Shown one piece after another: positions 1 through 13,357 of a stretch of 64,000 bases of DNA. The translations under genes and the position numbers were made by a program. This stretch comes from Cetorhinus maximus. Taxonomy: Eukaryota. A model generated the notes under the pieces. That model did not search any database. It was not told where the DNA came from and worked only from the letters and a program-made list of their open reading frames with translations. The stretch spans positions 80,600,001-80,664,000 of the forward strand of contig NC_135898.1 of the NCBI RefSeq assembly GCF_964194155.1. The letters run 5' to 3'. Every line of letters starts with the position of its first letter. The stretch's first letter is position 1.

Positions 1-120
1 TTAGGACAGTAACCTTGACAACCTGGGAAGGGTTGTAGTCCAAAAGTTACCAGACAAGCATGAGGCAAAATAAAACGGCAGGACACACATCAGGGGTACA
101 GGGGTATTCCCAGCTCCACT

Positions 121-795
121 CCGAACCCACCCCGTCTCCCCACAGACAGGTCTCCACTCCGAACCCACCCTGTCTCCCCACAGACAGGTCCCCAGTCCGA
201 ACCCACCCCGTCTCCCCGCAGACAGGTCTCCAGTCCGAACCCACCCCGTCTCCCCGCAGACAGGTCCCCAGTCTGGACCCACCCCGTCTCCCCGCAGACA
301 GGTCCCCAGTCCGAACCCACCCCGTCTCCCCGCAGACAGGTCCCCAGTCCGAACCCACCCCGTCTCCCCGCAGACAGGTCCCCAGTCCGAACCCACCCCG
401 TCTCCCCGCAGACAGGTCCCCAGTCCGAACCCACCCCGTCTCCCCGCAGACAGGTCCCCAGTCCGAACCCACCCCGTCTCCCCGCAGACAGGTCCCCAGT
501 CCGAACCCACCCCGTCTCCCCGCAGACAGGTCCCCAGTCCGAACCCACCCCGTCTCCCCGCAGACAGGTCCCCAGTCCGAACCCACCCCGTCTCCCCGCA
601 GACAGGTCCCCAGTCCGAACCCACCCCGTCTCCCCGCAGACAGGTCCCCAGTCCGAACCCACCCCGTCTCCCCGCAGACAGGTCCCCAGTCCGAACCCAC
701 CCCGTCTCCCGGCAGACAGGTCCCCAGTCCGAACCCACCCCGTCTCCCCGCAGACAGGTCCCCAGTCCGAACCCACCCCGTCTCCCCACAGACTG
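121..795. repeat. 38-bp minisatellite, about 17-18 near-identical copies (CCGAACCCACCCCGTCTCCCCGCAGACAGGTCCCCAGT)
   Basis: Visible periodicity. Confidence 0.97.
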
Positions 796-804
796 GTTTC
801 TCAC

Positions 805-1056
805 CTGGCCAACATAGAAGACCTTCTCAGGGAAGGGGACTGGCTGGGCGCTCAGCTCCTGCTGTGGGACCAGACCTCGCACTTCATCGTAAAAGCGAAC
901 AATGCAGCCAAAAGGCTTTGCACAGGCGATGTAACCGTGGGCCTGCCGCCTGGGAATGGCCTCCTTGTATTGGGTAATAATGGGAAGCTTTGAACCAACC
1001 AGCGTCTTCTTTTTAGTCAAGATAAGTTTCTTGGTTTCCGTGTTTACTGACAACAC
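805..1056 (-). CDS. PDCD11: PDCD11 coding exon 12 (VLSVNTETKKLILT...FYVGQ); gene continues beyond window
   Basis: S1 repeat peptide, AG/GT, 252 nt. Confidence 0.95.
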
Positions 1057-1639
1057 CTGAGAAAGTAACAACGTTTCACTCGAAGAGGACCATACAGCTC
1101 ATTTATTCAAAAATATTTTTCTTTGGGCAGTGGGTGACACTTGAAAGATAATATTTATTGCTGATTCCGAGGGCATTAGGAGCCAACCTCAGTGTGGGAC
1201 TGGAGTCATGTCTAGGTTGGACTGGGTAGGGGAGCAGAGCCTTTCCCTCAAAGATGTGAATGAACAAGCTGGGCTTTAAGATCAGCCGACAACTTTCATC
1301 CAGCTTTCCAATTCCAGCAATTTCAGCTCGATTTAATGCACCAGATTTTCTCAATTCCAGTTCACTACCTGGCATGGTGGGATTTGAACTTTCAATCTCT
1401 AATTGCCAGCCCAGTCACAGAACCACAACCAACTATGCCTGTTTGGGCCCCACACACACAGGCAGTGTGGGTGGAAATGAGTGTGTCCACGTGTAAACAT
1501 CAAGCCAGACATGCGACAGAGAATATTAAACTGCTCCCAAATGCGCTCAGTGCCACATCCCTGGCTCCACCAACTACTGTTCGTGCTTATTCCCACCATT
1601 GGGTGGGTGGGTGGGTGGTTGGCGGGGCAGTAAAACGTG

Positions 1640-2015
1640 TCAGGTGTGGGTCAGTGGGTAGCACGTTTACTTGGAGTCAGAAGGTAGTAGGGTTCAAGAC
1701 TCGCATCAGGGACTTGAGCACAGAATCAAGGGTGACATTTCCCAGTGAAGCGCTGGGGAAGTGCGGCATCGTCAAGGGGTCTCGTTTCTCAGATGAGACC
1801 TTAAAATTGAGACCCAGTCCACCGTCTCAGGTCAATCCTTATCCCTCAATTAACATCACTAACAAACAGGTTATTTGATTAGTGTTGTGGGATCTTGCTG
1901 TGCACAAGCCGACTGCCACATTTCCTATATTGCAACTCAAATACTTCAATGGCTGTAAAGCATTCTAAGAAATCCCGAGATCATGTAAAGTGCTTGAAGA
2001 AATGCAAGCCTTTTT
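1640..2015 (+). mobile_element. tRNA-derived SINE with Deu-like domain (SacSINE1/AmnSINE-like)
   Basis: A-box-like tcagtgggtagc and B-box-like ggttcaagact; gtgggatcttgctgtgcacaa...ggctgtaaagc...aatgcaag tail; family assignment from recall. Confidence 0.65.
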
Positions 2016-2170
2016 AAAAAAGAACCTTCGGCAGACAGAGAGAGAGAGGAAGGAGGGGTATCCGAGCACTGGTTGCTGGATCTAATGTTTCCCCCTTCAC
2101 ACTCACAGGGGATTAGGCCAACACTGTATACACTTCACTCTACACATAACCTGTGCTATTGCACACTCAC

Positions 2171-2317
2171 CCTGCACCTCACTTGGTCTCCCACGCTGTA
2201 CAGTCTTTCTGGATGCTTCAATGGAATGTCTGCCAGGTGTGCCCGAGGCACCAGCCCCCGAATGTGGTCTGTGAGCTTCACGTGCATCCCATAATTCTCC
2301 AGGGAGCTGACTTTACC
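2171..2317 (-). CDS. PDCD11: PDCD11 coding exon 11 (GKVSSLENYGMHVKL...HLADIP...VRCR)
   Basis: S1 repeat peptide, AG/GT, 147 nt. Confidence 0.94.
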
Positions 2318-3311
2318 CTGAAAAGCGGCAAAATAATAAAAGAAAGTGTATTAGCAAATCTGTTGCAAAGGGCTCCAGTTAGATTCCAGCTGACCGCCCC
2401 CCCGACAGTGACCAGTCCCCATGTGCACTCTAAGGCAGTGAGTGCTGGCAAGTGTCCATTAAATGTCCACAGTTGTGGAGCTTCATTGAAGAGCAACAGG
2501 AATCACTCAAATTCTCATTAGGGGCCAGTGGGTCCACTGAATATGAAGAGCAAGCAGGTAAGGATCAAGGAGGTAACTAAATAACACGGATCAGAGGTGG
2601 CTGGATGCCAACTAAAGGTCACTGGGTACTGATGAGGAAAGAGAACCCCGGTTAATTTTACATTTCTTGCCTGACCTCATGGGCACAAGCCCCAATTCCT
2701 GCCTGGTCAGAGGCTGACTAACTCTGCACAGACCAGGAAACCAGGCTGCCGAAGCTCTGATTTACTGAGATGAGGCTGGGGGGCGTGGGGCGGAGTAGTA
2801 GAGGCAGCCTCGAGATGCAGTCACACTGACCAGGTTTCCATGTATTGTCTGGGTCAGGAACCAGGGTGGAGACACTTAACCAGAGGGGGTAGTGAAAGAG
2901 ATGGACGAGGAATTGAGTGGCCAGGCCAGGCAGCCAGAGGGAACTGAAAGCGAAGAGGTGAGAAGCCAAATGCACCAGGAATTGCAGAGGACAAAGCAAG
3001 TTGTTGTTGTTGTACTTCTCGACTTGCCGTCGCTGCAACAAGGGTCTCTTGGCAAAACCAAAATTACAAGCAGGGCTGGAGGGGGATCCAGTAGAACGGG
3101 AACAAACACCGAATTATTTGGAAAAGACCAAGGAGATGGAAGGAGTGGACTGGAAGCCTGACTAGTTCAACAAGAGTTGGAAATTATGCCAAGGGAAGAG
3201 AGAATATTTTGGGAGACATTGTTTGTGCTCCCAGTCTGTCTGCAGCCTCCTTGGGGAATCCGGATTTCACAATATTCAGACTGCTTATTTCACACTGCCT
3301 GTTAGACCCAC

Positions 3312-3372
3312 CTCGATCAGCTGTCCCGGCTTGATGTCCTGGTACCTCAAAAACTGGGCATCAAGAATGCTC
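3312..3372 (-). CDS. PDCD11: PDCD11 coding exon 10 (SILDAQFLRYQDIKPGQLIE)
   Basis: 61 nt, phase 2-0, AG/GT. Confidence 0.92.
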
Positions 3373-3602
3373 CTGAAAATGAGAAACTCAGAATGAAGGA
3401 GCGGCTGTGTGTGTGTTCCACAGAGGCAAACATTATCCTTTCAATCTCTGCTAGCTGCATGGGTTCGACGTGAACTCAGTTTGTGCCAGTTCCATTCAAC
3501 CTCTTTTGGACATCATCCCAAAGTAAAAAATCATCCCATTTTAATTCAGAATGAGGGGAAAATGTTATACAACGGCAGCATACTGGGTGGAACAGTACAG
3601 GT

Positions 3603-3838
3603 ACTCTGTATCTACCCCGTGTTCTACCTGTCCTGGGAGTGTTTGATTGGGACGGTGTAGAGGGAGCTTTACTCTGTATCTATCCCGTGCTCTACCTGTC
3701 TTGGGAGTGTTTGATGGGGACAGTGTAGAGGGAGCTTTACTCTGTATCTAACCTCATGCTCTACCTGCCCTGGGAGTGTTTGATGTGGACAGTGTAGAGG
3801 GAGCTTTACTCTGGATTTAACCCCATGCTGTACCTGCT
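3603..3838. repeat. 69-bp satellite, about 3.5 copies, reverse orientation
   Basis: Reverse complement of the same unit. Confidence 0.92.
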
Positions 3839-3980
3839 CCATCTCTAACACACCGTTTCTCAGTAGGTCTTTTGCTTTAGGTATTGCTGGCGGATGTTCT
3901 TTCCCACCTGTTACACATTCAAATGCATCATTTCAGTATTAAGGACTAATCGCAGACACAAACAACCCAAACTCACTCAC

Positions 3981-4105
3981 TTTTTCAGTGACACCACAGC
4001 CACCTGTTCCATGGGGCTGTGGTCAATGACTCTGCACCTGTGCTTTGTACCTTCCTCAAACGCAGTGGGGTTAAAGGTCAGCTTTGTGTCAGACAGATGA
4101 AGTTT
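3981..4105 (-). CDS. PDCD11: PDCD11 coding exon 9 (KLHLSDTKLTFNP...HRCRVIDHSPME)
   Basis: RRP5-like peptide, AG/GT, 125 nt ending phase 2. Confidence 0.92.
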
Positions 4106-5304
4106 CTGGAATGACAAGAGCAGAAATACCAATCAGTAAATGCGTGGATGCAATGCAGTCTTAGTATGCTTGTGTGTGTGTGTGAGAAACGTGTCTGTAA
4201 CTGATGATGGGCAGGTTAATGAGATAAAGTAACTACACTGATCAACAAAATCACCATTGCATGAACTAAACCAGACTGTAAGCAACGTAATTAGCTTTAT
4301 TTGCGCTGCGGTCAGTGCTTAACTGGCACCACCTAGAGGAGATTAAAGAGCTTAGGTACACAAAGAGTTATTTACTTATAATAAAAACAGAAAATGCTGG
4401 AAATACTCAGCAGGTCAGGCAGCATCTGCAGAGAAAGAAAATGACCTTTCAGCAAACAGTCTACCCGAATATCTGTGTCTCTTTGCTCCTGTCTCCTCAG
4501 ACCTCAACCACAAAGGCAGCAATCATTCCCTAGTCTGCACTGTGAAACTGAGCTCTGGGAAGTGTGGAGGAGGGCAGCATATCTCAGCTGTTTCTCTGAC
4601 TTTACAGTCGGAGTTCTCAGCACACAGCTGACGCCAAGAAACCACTGGGAGGAAGAGGTGCCAGCCTCTGTACTCAGTGTTTGTACTCTCCGTTTGTGGG
4701 TTTAAATCCCACTTTAGAGATTAGAGGGTGAAACTTGAGACTGACATTCCAATGTAGCAGCAGGAGGGGTAGCAGGGGTGGGCGGAGAGGGGCAGTGCTG
4801 CACTGTTGCCAGGTCAGCAGCGGGACATACGAGCATATGAATTAGGAGCAGGACTAGGCCATTCGGCCCCTCGAGCCTGCTCTGCCATTCAATAAGGTCT
4901 GATTGTAACCTCAACTCCACAATCCCACCTACCCTGGATAACCTTTCACTCCCTTGTTAAACATCAAGAATCTATCTAGCTCTGTCTTAAAAATATCCAA
5001 AGTCTCCACTTCTACCGCCTTTTGAGAAAGGGCGCTCCAAAGACTCTCAACCCTCAAAGAAAAATTTCACCTCAACTCTGTTTTAAATGAGCGACCCCTT
5101 ATTTTTAAAAAGTGACCCCTAGTTCTAGATCCCCCCCCAACAAGAAGAAACATCCTCTCTACATCCAGCCTGTCAAGACCCCCTCAGGCTGACAGCAAAT
5201 GCAAATCTTTTTTAACTGAGGTGCACACGTGGGTGCCATTAGTGTTGACACTGCACACACAGAAACAGCTGCACGTTACAGGTGAGCAGAGGTGAATCAC
5301 TCAC

Positions 5305-5511
5305 ACGTGAAAAGGCAAAGGTCCCGTCCTCCAGCTGAAAGATAACACCAACTCCTTTGCGGTAGCGCAGCACTGTGCACTCCTCCAGAACTTCACCAAG
5401 CCCGTGTGCGTTTGGTTGCTGCAACGCAGCCCCAGGCTGCAAGAAGAGGGGCCGCAGTGTCAGGTGCACAGACTTTGTGTCCGGCTGCACATACAGAACA
5501 CAGGCTTTCAG
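5305..5511 (-). CDS. PDCD11: PDCD11 coding exon 8 (LKACVLYVQP...FAFSR)
   Basis: RRP5-like peptide, AG/GT, 207 nt. Confidence 0.93.
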
Positions 5512-6476
5512 CTGCAAGAGAAACATAATCCCGTGATTCACTGTAGACAGAAAAGCAGCAACATAGGCACGAAACAAAGAAAAAAAATCAGCAAATCTTA
5601 AATAGAATCAAATACACAATAGTTTTTCATGTTTGGGGTCTGTGGGCGTCTCCCTCTGTGACCTGTCCATGTGTGTAATGCAACAAGGCCCCTGGGATCA
5701 TGGGGATGTTCCACAAAGCAGTTACCCAATTGGGATTTAATCTCCTCAATGTAGAGAAAACCGCACTGTGGTCAGTGAATAGACAATACTGAATAGCAAG
5801 AAGTACAAGTAAATCACTGTGCCCCTTGGAAAGTGTTCTATTCTATACATCCAAAGGCAACTTAGTAGCTTGGTCCACTCTCTGAGCTGATGCGGGTGTG
5901 AAAGTGAAGGTTGCTGGGGACAATCGTCCTGCTCAGCAACTGTAACACCAGGTCTCCTGCAAGCTTTGCATCATCGTATGAGAGTGCATGCATGTTGTTT
6001 TCTATGACTATCATATCTCTAATAAATTCTGTATTGAAGAACCTGTGCCCAGGCAGTAATTCCTGACAGGACCCTTCATCTGTCTCTCTACAACATTAAA
6101 ATCAACAGAAACTGCTGCATGACCACCATTATTCCCTGGAGTGTCTTGGATTGCCCTTGGGAGCGAGAGAGCAATTTGCCCAGAATTAGCCTTATTCTAT
6201 TCTTTAATCTGGCTTTCCACATCTCCCAGGAGATGATGTAGTTGCTGGTGGTGGGCAGTACTGGAGGTGGTGTTACCAAGTTGAACAGGGCAGAATCAAT
6301 AGACCAGCTGTTTCTTTATTAGAATCAGTCTCTCTCCTTCGCCCAGATGTAAAACATGCTAAACATTTCTTGGGGGATAGATACGGCTCATTGACAGCTC
6401 CTTACGCCCATTTGTCAGGCACTCTGGGTGCCTTGCTACATTTGAGGTGCTATACAAGTTGTTTTATCCAACTAAC

Positions 6477-6584
6477 CTTTTGACCCTTGTGGTAGGTCCC
6501 AACTTTCTGTGGGTCCAGGTGCATGAAATCGACAGAACCAGACAAGCCGGACAAGAACTGCAGAACCAGGCCTTGTAAAGTCAC
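6477..6584 (-). CDS. PDCD11: PDCD11 coding exon 7 ([25 protein letters not shown]...)
   Basis: VDFMHLDP motif, AG/GT, 108 nt. Confidence 0.93.
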
Positions 6585-7702
6585 CTGTAATCAAATCAGC
6601 ACAAGGGTCTAGCCACAGGTCAGCCTTCACAACAGGAGATCAAATCAAATCATTGCAGCCATGAATGGGTGGCCAGCAGACACACACAGAGCGAGAGCCA
6701 GAAAGCAAGACAGTCAGAGAAGAGAGAGGGGGGGAAATAGACAGTGACACACACACGCAAAGAAAGAGAGGCACACTTTAGGTTCACTTTACACAGCTAA
6801 CAGTGATCATTTACAGGTAGCCTCCCTTCACCCAAACATTTGAGCTGTGAAGTGTTTTGAGGAAGTGTGCGGGATGCTTGTGGCCATAGCTGTTGTGAAA
6901 GTAGGGCAGCCATTTCACTGAATCAAACTTCAGCCAAGGAGGTGACTTTCTGGCCCATCAGGTTTGACTTGTGGATCCCACTGCCTTGTAGCCTTCTCTC
7001 CTCCCTTTTAAACCTCCAGCGCCAACAGGGAGATACTGCCCCTCATCACTAACTCACCGATGAGTAAAAACAATCTTTCCCCTTTTTACCTCAAACCCTC
7101 CCTTAATTTAGATCATCTTTAACATGCACTGCTGCAATAAATCCAATGCAAGCTTAAGTCTTTAATCATGATTAAAATCCCTGGTACTGTCCTGCTGAAA
7201 CAGTCGGCACTCTTTCCAAGGCTTCATTATCCTCATTAGAATGGGATTTCCAAAGATGCAGTGAGTGCACCAACAGTAATCTAACATCTATAGATTAATA
7301 ATTATCACCATGTATCTTTAATAGTTCCTTTATCGAACTCTAGAACTAGAAAGCTCACAGAGATGTCACACAGGCAAAAAGAAAACTCTTTAACAGCGCA
7401 AATATGAAACTCAAAGCAAAAAGTGCTGGAAGCAGAGGTCAGACACAAGGTGCGAGAGAAAAGACTGGGTAACATCGTGGCTACAACCCTTCACTCAATC
7501 TCTGCTCTCTGATCAAAAATCACCGGCCAGATATTAACCCATCTTATCTTTCCTATGTAGGTTGTGTTAACCTCAGTTTTATGATGTTACAGGAACACCC
7601 TGTGGATATATAAAGGTTACAACACAGAAACAAGTCACTCAGTTTATGCTGGTGCTAGTGCTCCACATGAACCCCTTCCTATCCCACCAACATATCTTTT
7701 TT

Positions 7703-8300
7703 TATATTCATTCACGGGATGTGGGCTTCGCTGGTTAGGCCAGCATTTATTGCCCACCCCTAGTTGCCCTTGAGATGGTGGTGGTGAGCTGCCTTCTCAA
7801 ACTGCTGCAGTCCATGTGGAGTAGGTACACCCACAGTGCTGTTAGGAAGGGAGTGCCAAGATTTTGACCCAGTGACAATGAAGGAACAGCGATACATTTC
7901 CAAGTCAGGATGGTGAGTGACTTGGAGGGGAACTTCCAGGTGGTGGTGTTCCCACCTATCTGCTGCCCTTGTCCTTCTAGGTGGTAATGGTTGTGGGTTT
8001 GGGATCTTACTATTCCTTCCTCCCTCACGGGTTTATTCAGGATTCCCTTGAATGTATCTATAGTATTCACCTCAACCACTCTGCATGTTAGCAAATTCCA
8101 CATTCTAACTACTCTCTGGGTAATGAAGTTCTTCCTGAATTTCTGATTGAATTTATTAGTGACTATCTGATATTAATGGTCCTGAGTTTTAGTTCCACCC
8201 ACAAGTGGAAATGTATTCTCTACATCTGTCTCATCACACCTCTACATAATTTTAAAGATCTCCATTAGGTCAGCCCTCAGCCTTTTCTAGAGAAAAGAGC
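7703..8300 (-). mobile_element. LINE 3' fragments (second family plus an old CR1)
   Basis: 7703-8000 matches the reverse complement of 13070-13355. Confidence 0.75.
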
Positions 8301-8357
8301 CCCAGCTCGTTCAGTCATTGGAGAATGGGAGACAACACAAGTTCCCAAAATCTGCAC

Positions 8358-8539
8358 CTTCTGAACTTCAGCCCTCATCATGAGGCCAGGGAGCAGGTTG
8401 CAGAGGCTCCATTTCTGATCTTCAGCTGCTGTTGCTGCAATCACGTCCGCTGGATGCATCGAGAGCTGGACAACTCGTCCATCATTCTTCACCGACTGCA
8501 GGAGGAAGCTTAGGTACTGACCGACACGGAGAGGCAGTC
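8358..8539 (-). CDS. PDCD11: PDCD11 coding exon 6 (LPLRVGQYLSF...NLLPGLMMRAEVQK)
   Basis: Phase 1-0, 182 nt; donor AAG|gtgcag is weak but frame-consistent. Confidence 0.88.
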
Positions 8540-9109
8540 CTAGATGGGAGCAAACACACCGGGGCTTTGGTTACATGGTAAATGCAGAAAGTATCATAGT
8601 AATACAGTCAGGAAAGAGAGAAGGTCAAAACATCAACTGGACCTCACCTGCTGCAATACCATCACACACAGACAGAGGACACAAAGAATGAGAGAGTGGA
8701 CAGAAAGAGAGCAGAGAGAGAGCACAGAGAGAGAGAGAGAGAGAGAGAGCACAGAGAGAGAGAGACAGAGAGAAGCACTATTCTACATGAAGAGTATTTT
8801 TCAATTACAAACTAAATATTCAGCTTTCCTTAGGCTTCCCAATGAGTTGGAAGGTTTCTGGTCAGCAGTGCAGGTGCACAGGAATAAGAAAGGTGACAGG
8901 GAACATACCTGAGAACACCCGACTAGGCGCAGCCAGCTGCTCTCAACACCTGGATGCTAGACCTGTAGTGAGCTGGTGCCATGGTTCGGAAATGCAGGAA
9001 TAGTTTGCCATCTAGGTTGGGTTCTACTGTATGTCTGACTGGCCTGCTGTGAGAGAGGAATGGGTATAACAGTGGGAATTACCCCACAATATTCTCGTGT
9101 GGGACTTAC

Positions 9110-9233
9110 CTCGATTTTTCCTCTTTATGTACTCCTGGGCTTTCTCATGCGACAGGAAAGCTTTGGTGGCCTGGACTCCAATGTCAACCAGATACCCATG
9201 ATCCTCAATACTGGACACACAGCCAGAAAGCAG
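9110..9233 (-). CDS. PDCD11: PDCD11 coding exon 5 ([19 protein letters not shown]...)
   Basis: [10 protein letters not shown] motif, AG/GT, 124 nt ending phase 1. Confidence 0.95.
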
Positions 9234-9719
9234 CTGCAGATACAGGGAGGGAGAGAAGAGTAGCACTCAGCACACAATACCAGCGACAAGATTAAGGGGA
9301 ATAGCAATTGGAACAAACAATTAAAACAAACCAAGACAGATTATGCACATCTGTCTCTCTTTGTCCTTCATCCCTGGTACCGAATGCCACTGGAGTGATG
9401 CGCAGGTAACCCTTATCCACAACACCCGAATCTTCATGGGGAAAGGATGATGAAATGAATGAAAGGTTAACTAAAGGCCTCCGAACTGATGTTTTGAAAC
9501 AATTCTTGGGAAACCACGTTTAAAGTCACAGATGTGAGGAAAAGGTGAATTCAGTGGAATGCTTTTAAAAAAAAAGAACTTCAGTGGCAAGTATGGAGTT
9601 TCAAATCAACACTGATAAATGATCGCAATTAACACACATCCTTATTTTAACTTGGAGAAATACATTAGTGCAGCACTGGAGAGAAAATACTCCAAATATC
9701 ACCTCCACCTCGATACCCC

Positions 9720-10445
9720 ATTTGGTCGGAACAACGAGGAAAGACAATATAAAGAGGGTGCAGGACAGAGGGACCTGGTGGTGCCTGTGCAGAAATCGTT
9801 GAAGGTGGCAGAACAGGTTGAGAGAGCAGTTAATAAAGCATACAGTATCCTAAACTTTATAAATAGGGGCATGGAGTACAAAGCAAGGAGGTTATACCAA
9901 ACATATATAAAACACTGGTTCAGCCTCAACTGGAGCACTGTGTCCAGTTTTGGGCACCGCACTTTAGGAAGGATGTGAAGGTATTAGAGAGGGTGCAGAA
10001 AATATTCACAAGAATGGTTCCAGGGATGAAGTACTTCAGTTACGTGGACAGATTGGAGAAGTTGGGGCTGTTCTCCTTACAGAAGAGGAGATTTGATAAA
10101 GGTGTTCAAAATCATGAGAGATCTGGACAGAGCAGATGGAGAGAAACTCTTACCATTGGCAGAAAGACCAAGAACCCAAGGGCCCAAAATTTAAAGAACA
10201 AAAGATGACATAAGAAAAATACCTTTTTTTTTAAACACACACAGCAAGTGGTTAGAATCTGAATGCACAGCCTGAGAGTGTGGTGGAGGCAGGTTCAATT
10301 GTGGCTTTCAAAAAGGGATTGGATCGTTATCTGAAGAGAGAAAATTTGCAGAGCTACAGGGAATATTAGCTGAGTTGCTCTTGTAAAGGTCAGAACAGAC
10401 ATGATGGGCTGAATGGCCTCTTTTAGTGCTGTATTCATTTCATGA
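9720..10445 (+). mobile_element. CR1 3' fragment
   Basis: LERVQKIFTRMVPG..LEKLGLFSL and CR1 3' UTR. Confidence 0.85.
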
Positions 10446-10924
10446 AAAATCCATCAACATTGGAATACCCCACTTGCTTTAGCCCACTGTGAGGGCGTGG
10501 GGAGCTGGTTTTGTTGATGGTCTATTGGAGAGACAAGTGGTCAGAGGGGCAGCTCATCCATTTCCAGCGGTCTGAAAAAACAAGCTGAGCGAGGGAAAAC
10601 TTAAACTACAAGTTCAGAGCCAGTCAGCACTGGAGCACTGTCCAGGAAGTGGCAGATCAGCTCAGTAACGTAGGCTAGATCTGGTTCTTGAAAACACAGA
10701 AGGGTTTGAAGTGATGTGGGTGAGTTTTGATTGCAATTGTCACATTTGCATACTGGCTATAAAACAAACCAGCTCAATAATTCAGATCTAGCTTCATCTA
10801 AAGTGATGTCAATCCATGGCACATGTGAAGGACGAGACATTCAGTTCAGGTATAATAGTTTTGGAAATGTTGAGCTACAGGGTGCGTTTAGCTAGTCAGC
10901 TAGATCTGAAGATTCTCCACTCAC

Positions 10925-11086
10925 CATGCCAGCTCGCAGTGCCCCAGGAGACAGTGCCTTGTTTACGTCCTTCGGATTAATGGAGAGCTTCAAGCTGTGG
11001 CGGTTGGCTTTTGTCTTTCCTAGCTCAGAGACAACACACCGTACAACCATACCAGGGCTGTACAGGTCCGAAAGAGCCGTTAGATC
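10925..11086 (-). CDS. PDCD11: PDCD11 coding exon 4 (DLTALSDLYSPGMVVRCVV...LRAGM)
   Basis: RRP5-like peptide, AG/GT boundaries, 162 nt. Confidence 0.94.
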
Positions 11087-12197
11087 CTGGGGTGGGTTTG
11101 GGATAAAACACAGCAGGCTAATGAGCAGAAATTGGACAGCAGAAAGCAGCACAAACACACAAGCCAAAACCTCAGCAGCATTTACAAAACTCAGGCAGAA
11201 ACTCCCCTTCCACCCCAGGCCTGCCCGAGACCAGCTCTCTCAGACAGCTGAGGAATACACTGCCCCTACCTTACTCTGTTCCTGCTTATCCTGGATAGCT
11301 GCCTATATCCAGCAATGGCACTGCAGTTTACAATAGGCTTCAATTACAAGGCTGCAGCTTAAATCGGATTCTGTCATTTGGCTGTGTCTGGTGGTTCACA
11401 CTGTACCTCACAGTTACCATCACTAGTTACTAGCATGCTTACAACCATCACTTGTGCTTTACACATCCCTCATTAATTTTCCCTCACTCAAGTAAAATGC
11501 TTTCTTGAAGTTTAACAATATGACTTTAAAAAGCCTCGAGAATCTCAGGCACTGCTGCAAGTTTCTCTGCAGAATCTGCAGCACCGACACCAGGCACTCT
11601 CCCCCGTATCAGTGTAACCTTCTCCCTCAGTGGGGAAGCATCTTCTCCACGTCTACCCAATTGAATTATTTCATCATTTTAAAGATCTCTAGCAGATCAC
11701 CACTCAGCTTTCTCTATTGTAGAGGAAAGATACTCAATCTGTTCAGTCTTTCCTGACAATCTTGCTGAGCTGGTCACCTTCCAGCCCAGTTTTAAAGCTA
11801 ATTACTGAGGATGCATCTGAATGCAATGCAGGAATACGGTTTGATAATGTTATTCGCTGCTGCTTTTGTTGGTTGCTGATTGGTTTAGTGTTCAGATCAG
11901 GCGGGTTGTTCTGGCTTCACCTCAATCTGTACACTGGTTAGATGTTCACTTGAGCACGCCAGCTACACATGGTGAAGACTGTAGTGAGAGGGCAACAGAA
12001 TTATTACCAGACACCTTTAGCCTTTATAGTTAGTTAACGCATAGTTGACCACCACAGCACCAACCATCTGCTTATGAGGCGGAAGGGTGTCACCACCATT
12101 AGCCTTTATGCTGTTAGATGAGTCCCCACAGCAGTTTCTTTAAACTGGACCAGGACAGATTCCCTCACTGCTCCCTATAGATAAATGTAATTCCAAC

Positions 12198-13357
12198 TGG
12201 TGAGGTGAGAGTGACTGCCCTTGACATCAAGGCCACATTTGACAGAGCGTGGCACCAAGGAGCCCTAGCAAAACTGGAGTCAATGGGAATTGGGGACTCT
12301 CCATTGGTTGGAGTCATACCTAGCACAAAGGAAAATGGCTGTGGTTGTTAGAGGTCAGTCATCTCAGCTCCAGGACATGACTGCAGGAGTTCCTCAGGGT
12401 AGTGTCCTCAGCCCAACCATCTTCAGCTGCTTCATCAATAACCTTCCTTCCAACATAAGGTCAGAAGTGGGGATGTTCGCCAATGATTGCACAATGTTCA
12501 GCACCATTCACGACTCCTCAGATACTGAAGCAGTCCATGTCCAAATGCAGCAAGACCTGGGCAATATCCAGGTTTGGGCTGACAAGTGGCAAGTAACATT
12601 CACGCCACACAAGTGTCAGGCATTGACCATCTCCAACAAGAGAGAATCCAATCATCACCCCTTGATGTTCAATGGAATTACCACCAATGAATCCCCCAAT
12701 ATCAACACCCTGGGGGTTTCATTGACCAGAAACTGACTAGCCATATAATACTGTGGCTACAAGAGCAGGTCAGAGGTTAGGAATACTGTGACAAATAACT
12801 CACCTCCTGACTCCCCAAAGCCTGTCAACCAGCTACAAGGCACAAGTCAGGAGTGTGATGAAATACTCCCCACTTGCCTGGATGAGTGCAGTCCCCGCAA
12901 CAATCAAGAAGTTGGATAACATCCAGGACAAAGCAGCCCGCTTGATTGGCACCACATCCACAAACATTCACTCCCTCCACCACCGATACACAGTGGCAGC
13001 AGTGTGTATAATCTATGAGATGCACTGCAGGAACTCACCAAGGCTCCTTTGACAGCACCATTCAAACCCACAACCACTACCGTCTAGGACTAGGGCAGCA
13101 GATAAATGGGAACGCAACCACCTGGAAGTTCCCCTCCAAGTCACTCACTACCCTGACTTGGAAATATATCACCGTTCCTTCACTGTCGCTGGGTCAAAAT
13201 TCTGGAACTCCCTCCCTAGCAGCACTGTGGGTGTACCTACACCACATGGACAGCAGCGGTTCAAGAAGGCAGCTCACCACCGCCTTCAAGAGCAACAAGG
13301 GATGGGCAATAAACGCTGGCCCAGCCAGCGAAGCCCACATCCCGTGAATGAAAAAAC
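12198..13357 (+). mobile_element. 5'-truncated non-LTR retrotransposon (second CR1/L2-group family), RT 3' part
   Basis: ALDIK.., GVPQGSVLSP, MFANDC, WADKWQVTF; 3' end cccgtgaatgaaaaaa. Confidence 0.85.

Noticed and set aside
1-1071. Long overlapping ORFs (356, 305, 228, 217 aa)
   Set aside because: Only 805-1056 is a real exon; the rest are stop-free readings of the 38-bp minisatellite.
1645-1720. tRNA gene
   Set aside because: A/B-box-like head is followed by SINE body and tail; no intact cloverleaf.
4378-4460. Sixth hammerhead candidate in a Penelope-like terminus remnant
   Set aside because: The terminus is recognisable but the GAAA/helix II region is deleted, so no fold can be drawn.
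9448-9489. Possible intronic C/D-box snoRNA (ATGATGA...CTGA) in PDCD11
   Set aside because: Only about 42 nt from box C to box D, no convincing terminal stem or recognisable rRNA guide.
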